A DNA stretch of 64,000 nucleotides, from positions 2,555,476 to 2,619,475 of the forward strand of contig JBJCIZ010000239.1 in assembly GCA_051294375.1 (NCBI GenBank), written 5' to 3'. Shown here piece after piece: positions 60,706 through 64,000 of the stretch. This DNA is from Paraspadella gotoi (lineage: Eukaryota > Animalia > Chaetognatha). The number at the start of each line of letters is the position of its first letter. The first letter of the stretch is position 1. A model generated the notes under the pieces. It saw only the letters and a program-made list of their open reading frames with translations. It made no database searches and was not told the DNA's origin. Made by a program: the position numbers and the translations under genes.

Positions 60706-63045
60706 ATGATGCTGAGAATGATGGGCAGCAACGGGAAGGGACGCGGAGATCTCATCGACTACGACTCGGAGGAGGAACGGCGCTTCCGGTTCGCCTCCGA
60801 CGAACGCTCGAGGCACGAGGGATTCCGCAAGGGCGCCGACTACGTCTCGCGTTACGGAGACGAATCCATCCACAACCTGTGGACCACCGTCGACGCCACG
60901 CCCCATCGGCAAAAGTGGAAGAGGAGATTCCGTCATAGCAAGTATCGGGTCGTGGGTAAGTTTTTTGGGTAATAAGATTCGTGATCAAAATGGGAAAAAG
61001 GAGTAACAAAATTTGGAACGCGTCGTCAGGCAACCTTCGAAGCCTCGTTCGCATAATCGGCTCCATGCTGCCGTTGGAGATCGACGCTCGGGTGGTGATC
61101 AATCCGATGCTTCGCAATCCCGACCAACGACCGCTGGAGCTGCAGCAAGTCGCCGCCAACTTCATCGATTGGGCCGGATGTCGCGAGCCAAAGGAGGCCA
61201 ATCTCAGGGTTCCCACTTACGGCGACGTACCCACGTGAGTCAATGTAGAAAACTTGAATAAGTTTAACGAAAATATTATTAAACTTACAATTTGACCAGC
61301 GTCCTGGAAGACTCTGTGCCGGCATCGATCGAGTCCGGAATTTTCTGGCGATGTCTTCCGCAAGACGTCGTCGCTTTGAAATCTCAGTTTGCCCTGACGG
61401 CGGAACCGATCTCAGCTCTCCAAATGCCACCGTGGAAACGCCCGAGGAAAAAGAAGAGATACTTCCGCGCCGAGGGAGTCAAATCGTTGAGGTGAAATCT
61501 TTTTTTTTGTATGATATTCATTGATGAATAATGACTCGATTCTATTATGGTTAATTGGTTATTATGAATTGTTTATTATCGACAATTGATTTTCCACAGA
61601 AAAAGTCCCATTGTCCAGAGCAGCGGTTACGAGAGCAGCGGTCAAGAAACTACGTCGAGCGACGAATACGCCAATCACAACAACAACTTTTTTCGCCACG
61701 ACGTCGCCGCTCGAATGAACAACGAAAGGACGATGGAAACTTCAACGCCTCCGCCTCTGGGCGCCGAGGCTTCTTGGTTGGCCACCTCGACTCCGGTCAG
61801 CAGGGCGGAAGGCTCCCTCGCGGGTATTGACGAGTGATACGCTTCAAAGAAGGAAGCGGACGAATCGGTGATTGACGAATCGAGAGGGTCTTTCTCCAGG
61901 TTCTTCCGTGTCCCAAGACCCCGAAGCGATGGCGAAGATCTCCGCCCTGGAAAGCGAACTGGGCGCGTTGAGGAGTCAAATCGCCATGCTCATCATGATG
62001 CAGGAACGTCGCGTTGAAAGTGCTACGCCCCCAAAGTGCCATCCTCCCCCACCACCACCACCACCTTCTATGGGAGCCCCTCCTCCCCCGCCGCCTCCGC
62101 CACCGCCTCCGCCTCCTCCACCGCCGCCTTTACCCTCTGGCGCCAAGTTATCTCTTAAAGAACAGATAGTAAAGGTATTGTTCGAATAAGTGTAACAATA
62201 TTATATTATCTCTTATATTGTTTTATACCCCTTTATCCATACCATTCATCAGAATAAAACCGGAACGAAATCTTCAAATTCGAGCGACGTCGAGAGCTCT
62301 ACTTCTTTGCCCCGAAAGTCTTCAGTTACCAACAACGGCGCTCCGAATCTCGGAGACGTTCTCAAGGGTAAGCCCGCGCGGGAAAAAAAAAATCATCTCT
62401 CATCGTTATCAGTTGTTGTAATATTAATTATGATTGATATTATTATTTTACAGATTTGGGAAAAGTGAAGCTCCGTTCGGTGGAGAGATCCCCGAACGGA
62501 ACTCCACTCCGACCTCCGCCGAATCCCTCGGCCCCTTTGGACGCGGCGTCTCTCATCGCCGCCGCGCTCAAGAAGAGATTCAACGCCAACTACCGGTACT
62601 AAAGGCTTTTCTCAGAAAAGCGATTCTCTTTCGAGCTCGACGCCCGAAGAGAATCCCCCACTTTTTACCACCCCTACTTCCCAAAGAATCGGATTATTGT
62701 AGACGTACATAGAATAGATACCAGCCTGGGCGGAAAGAAATAAGCTAGTGATTGCTTTTCAGGTGCTTGCTTCGTGAGAAAGTTAATTACATTTAGAAAA
62801 AAACTCGGACCACTAATTTTTTGTTCACCAGAATGGATTCGCCCGAGAAGCCGCAATCGCAGAGTCGCAATTGCAGCGAATCGGAAATCTTCGACGACGC
62901 CACGCCCCCTTTTAAAACTCGGCTCAGGAGCGTGCCGGAAAAGGTCGCGCCTGCCGCCCCTGCTCCCTTCGGGCAACATTTGTTGAGAAAGAGCAAGGAT
63001 GGAATGAGAAGGAAACTTTTGGACGAGCAGGAGTCGGCCAAATGA
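60706..63045 (+). CDS. MTFR1: Mitochondrial fission regulator 1 family protein, multi-exon
   Basis: RSLVRIIGSMLPL, KISALESELGALRSQIA, polyproline tract, KLRSVERSPNGTP, AASLIAAALKKRF. The start codon is uncertain. Confidence 0.8.
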
Positions 63046-63646
63046 TCCCGTGACGCCTTCTTTCCTGGTTTACGTTAAATTTTCGAGAATCGATATCATT
63101 AATCAGCGGACCCCTGTTCAATAATAACACTCAAACTTCAGGTTGCATATTTTTTTTTACTAGAAACTTGTTAAGAGATAGGAGGTAGGATTGATGTTAT
63201 TGACCGGAAAAAAGATAACCGGGTTTTGTTACTATTTTGATTTTTGTGTCTTCACTTTTTAAAAGTCGTGATTAGACTATCGGTGCTTTCAGCTGGTCGT
63301 GATTTAAACCAACTACCTATACAATATTTGATGTAGATTTAGAATGTTAACACTAATTTTGGTTTTTTTTTCATTGTTTCACATAGTTTATAAATTCGTT
63401 ATTGTTAATTTAGGTCTATTTAGTCGAATTAAAAATGAAATTTTTTTACAAAACATTTTCTCTAATTGAATACGGATATTAGGATTATGAAGCGCAAAAA
63501 ATTCGACTCGCGACAATATGTTTGATGATGCCTTTTTTTTTTTGAAATAAAGGTAAGTGCTCTAAAAAAAATATATATTGAAAAATCTATTAAAAAAAAA
63601 ACGTAATGATCTAGTTTGTTCACAGCATCTTCACCACTGGGGAACG

Positions 63647-64000
63647 ATGCCTTTGGTTTCAAAGAAAAGCGCCTCGTTGGTTCTCGTCCGAGTTCAGACG
63701 ATGGACGCCGAACTCGAGTTTCATATCAGTTTTCAAAGTTTGGGACAAGAACTGTTCGACCTCGTTTGTAGAACCATCGGACTCAGAGAAACTTGGTACT
63801 TCGGCTTACAGGTGCAGTGAGGGAAGTTTTTTCTGAAAATAGTGTAAATTCTTTTATTTTTTTATAGTAATTGATGTTCTTACCGATTTCACCCGTATGT
63901 CAGGAAGAAACCTACTTTGCCCCTAATATTTAAATCTTTGAAATCCCCTCAGTTCGTCGATGAAAAGGACTACACGACCTGGTTAAAAATGGACAAAAAG
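63647..64000 (+). CDS. NF2: Merlin/ERM-family FERM protein, 5' part (truncated by the window)
   Basis: [32 protein letters not shown]|F...WLKMDKK, which are merlin-type residues. Confidence 0.8.

Noticed and set aside
1-64000. Prokaryotic origin suggested by the operon-like density
   Set aside because: Spliceosomal introns, metazoan-type genes (Sp, merlin, TDRKH, IPP) and eukaryotic transposons are present.
1-64000. Spliced-leader RNA gene within the window
   Set aside because: I could not identify a leader + GT donor + Sm-site hairpin unit by eye. The trans-splicing claim rests on gene layout and acceptor sites only.

Overview
Nuclear DNA from an animal with a compact genome: AT-rich introns and intergenic DNA, GC/CpG-rich exons. 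The lineage cannot be assigned from this window. Bases 1-5.9 kb are nested non-autonomous transposons: DINE-1/HINE-like Helentron derivatives, a hAT-type MITE, a tRNA-derived SINE, and a Penelope terminal repeat with a hammerhead ribozyme. From 6.0 kb to the window end I can assemble 24 protein-coding genes, all on the + strand: BTB-zinc finger x2, ELL, GLD-2/TENT2 with a dsRBD, TDRKH, YIPF3, PPP4C, RCC1, IPP, SLCO, TRAIP-like, an unknown CENP-B-HTH protein, TRIQK, FAM136A, SPCS1, CDC7, CHMP1A, Sp, AP4E1, ZMAT2, MED21, ASPSCR1, FLAD1, MTFR1 and NF2 (25 loci if both BTB-ZF copies are counted). Many stop-to-start gaps are only about 105-320 bp, and an apparently unpaired 3' splice acceptor sits just upstream of most start codons. 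This is the expected signature of very large polycistronic operons resolved by spliced-leader trans-splicing (inference). Other highlights: a GLD-2 poly(A) polymerase fused to a dsRNA-binding domain next to the piRNA factor TDRKH; a protein with multiple CENP-B-type HTH domains; complementary 17-nt boxes bracketing a frameshifting exon of the splicing factor ZMAT2; and a decayed Penelope element with a hammerhead ribozyme in an RCC1 intron. Gene names come from recalled motif similarity and exon boundaries from manual reading; no database search was run.
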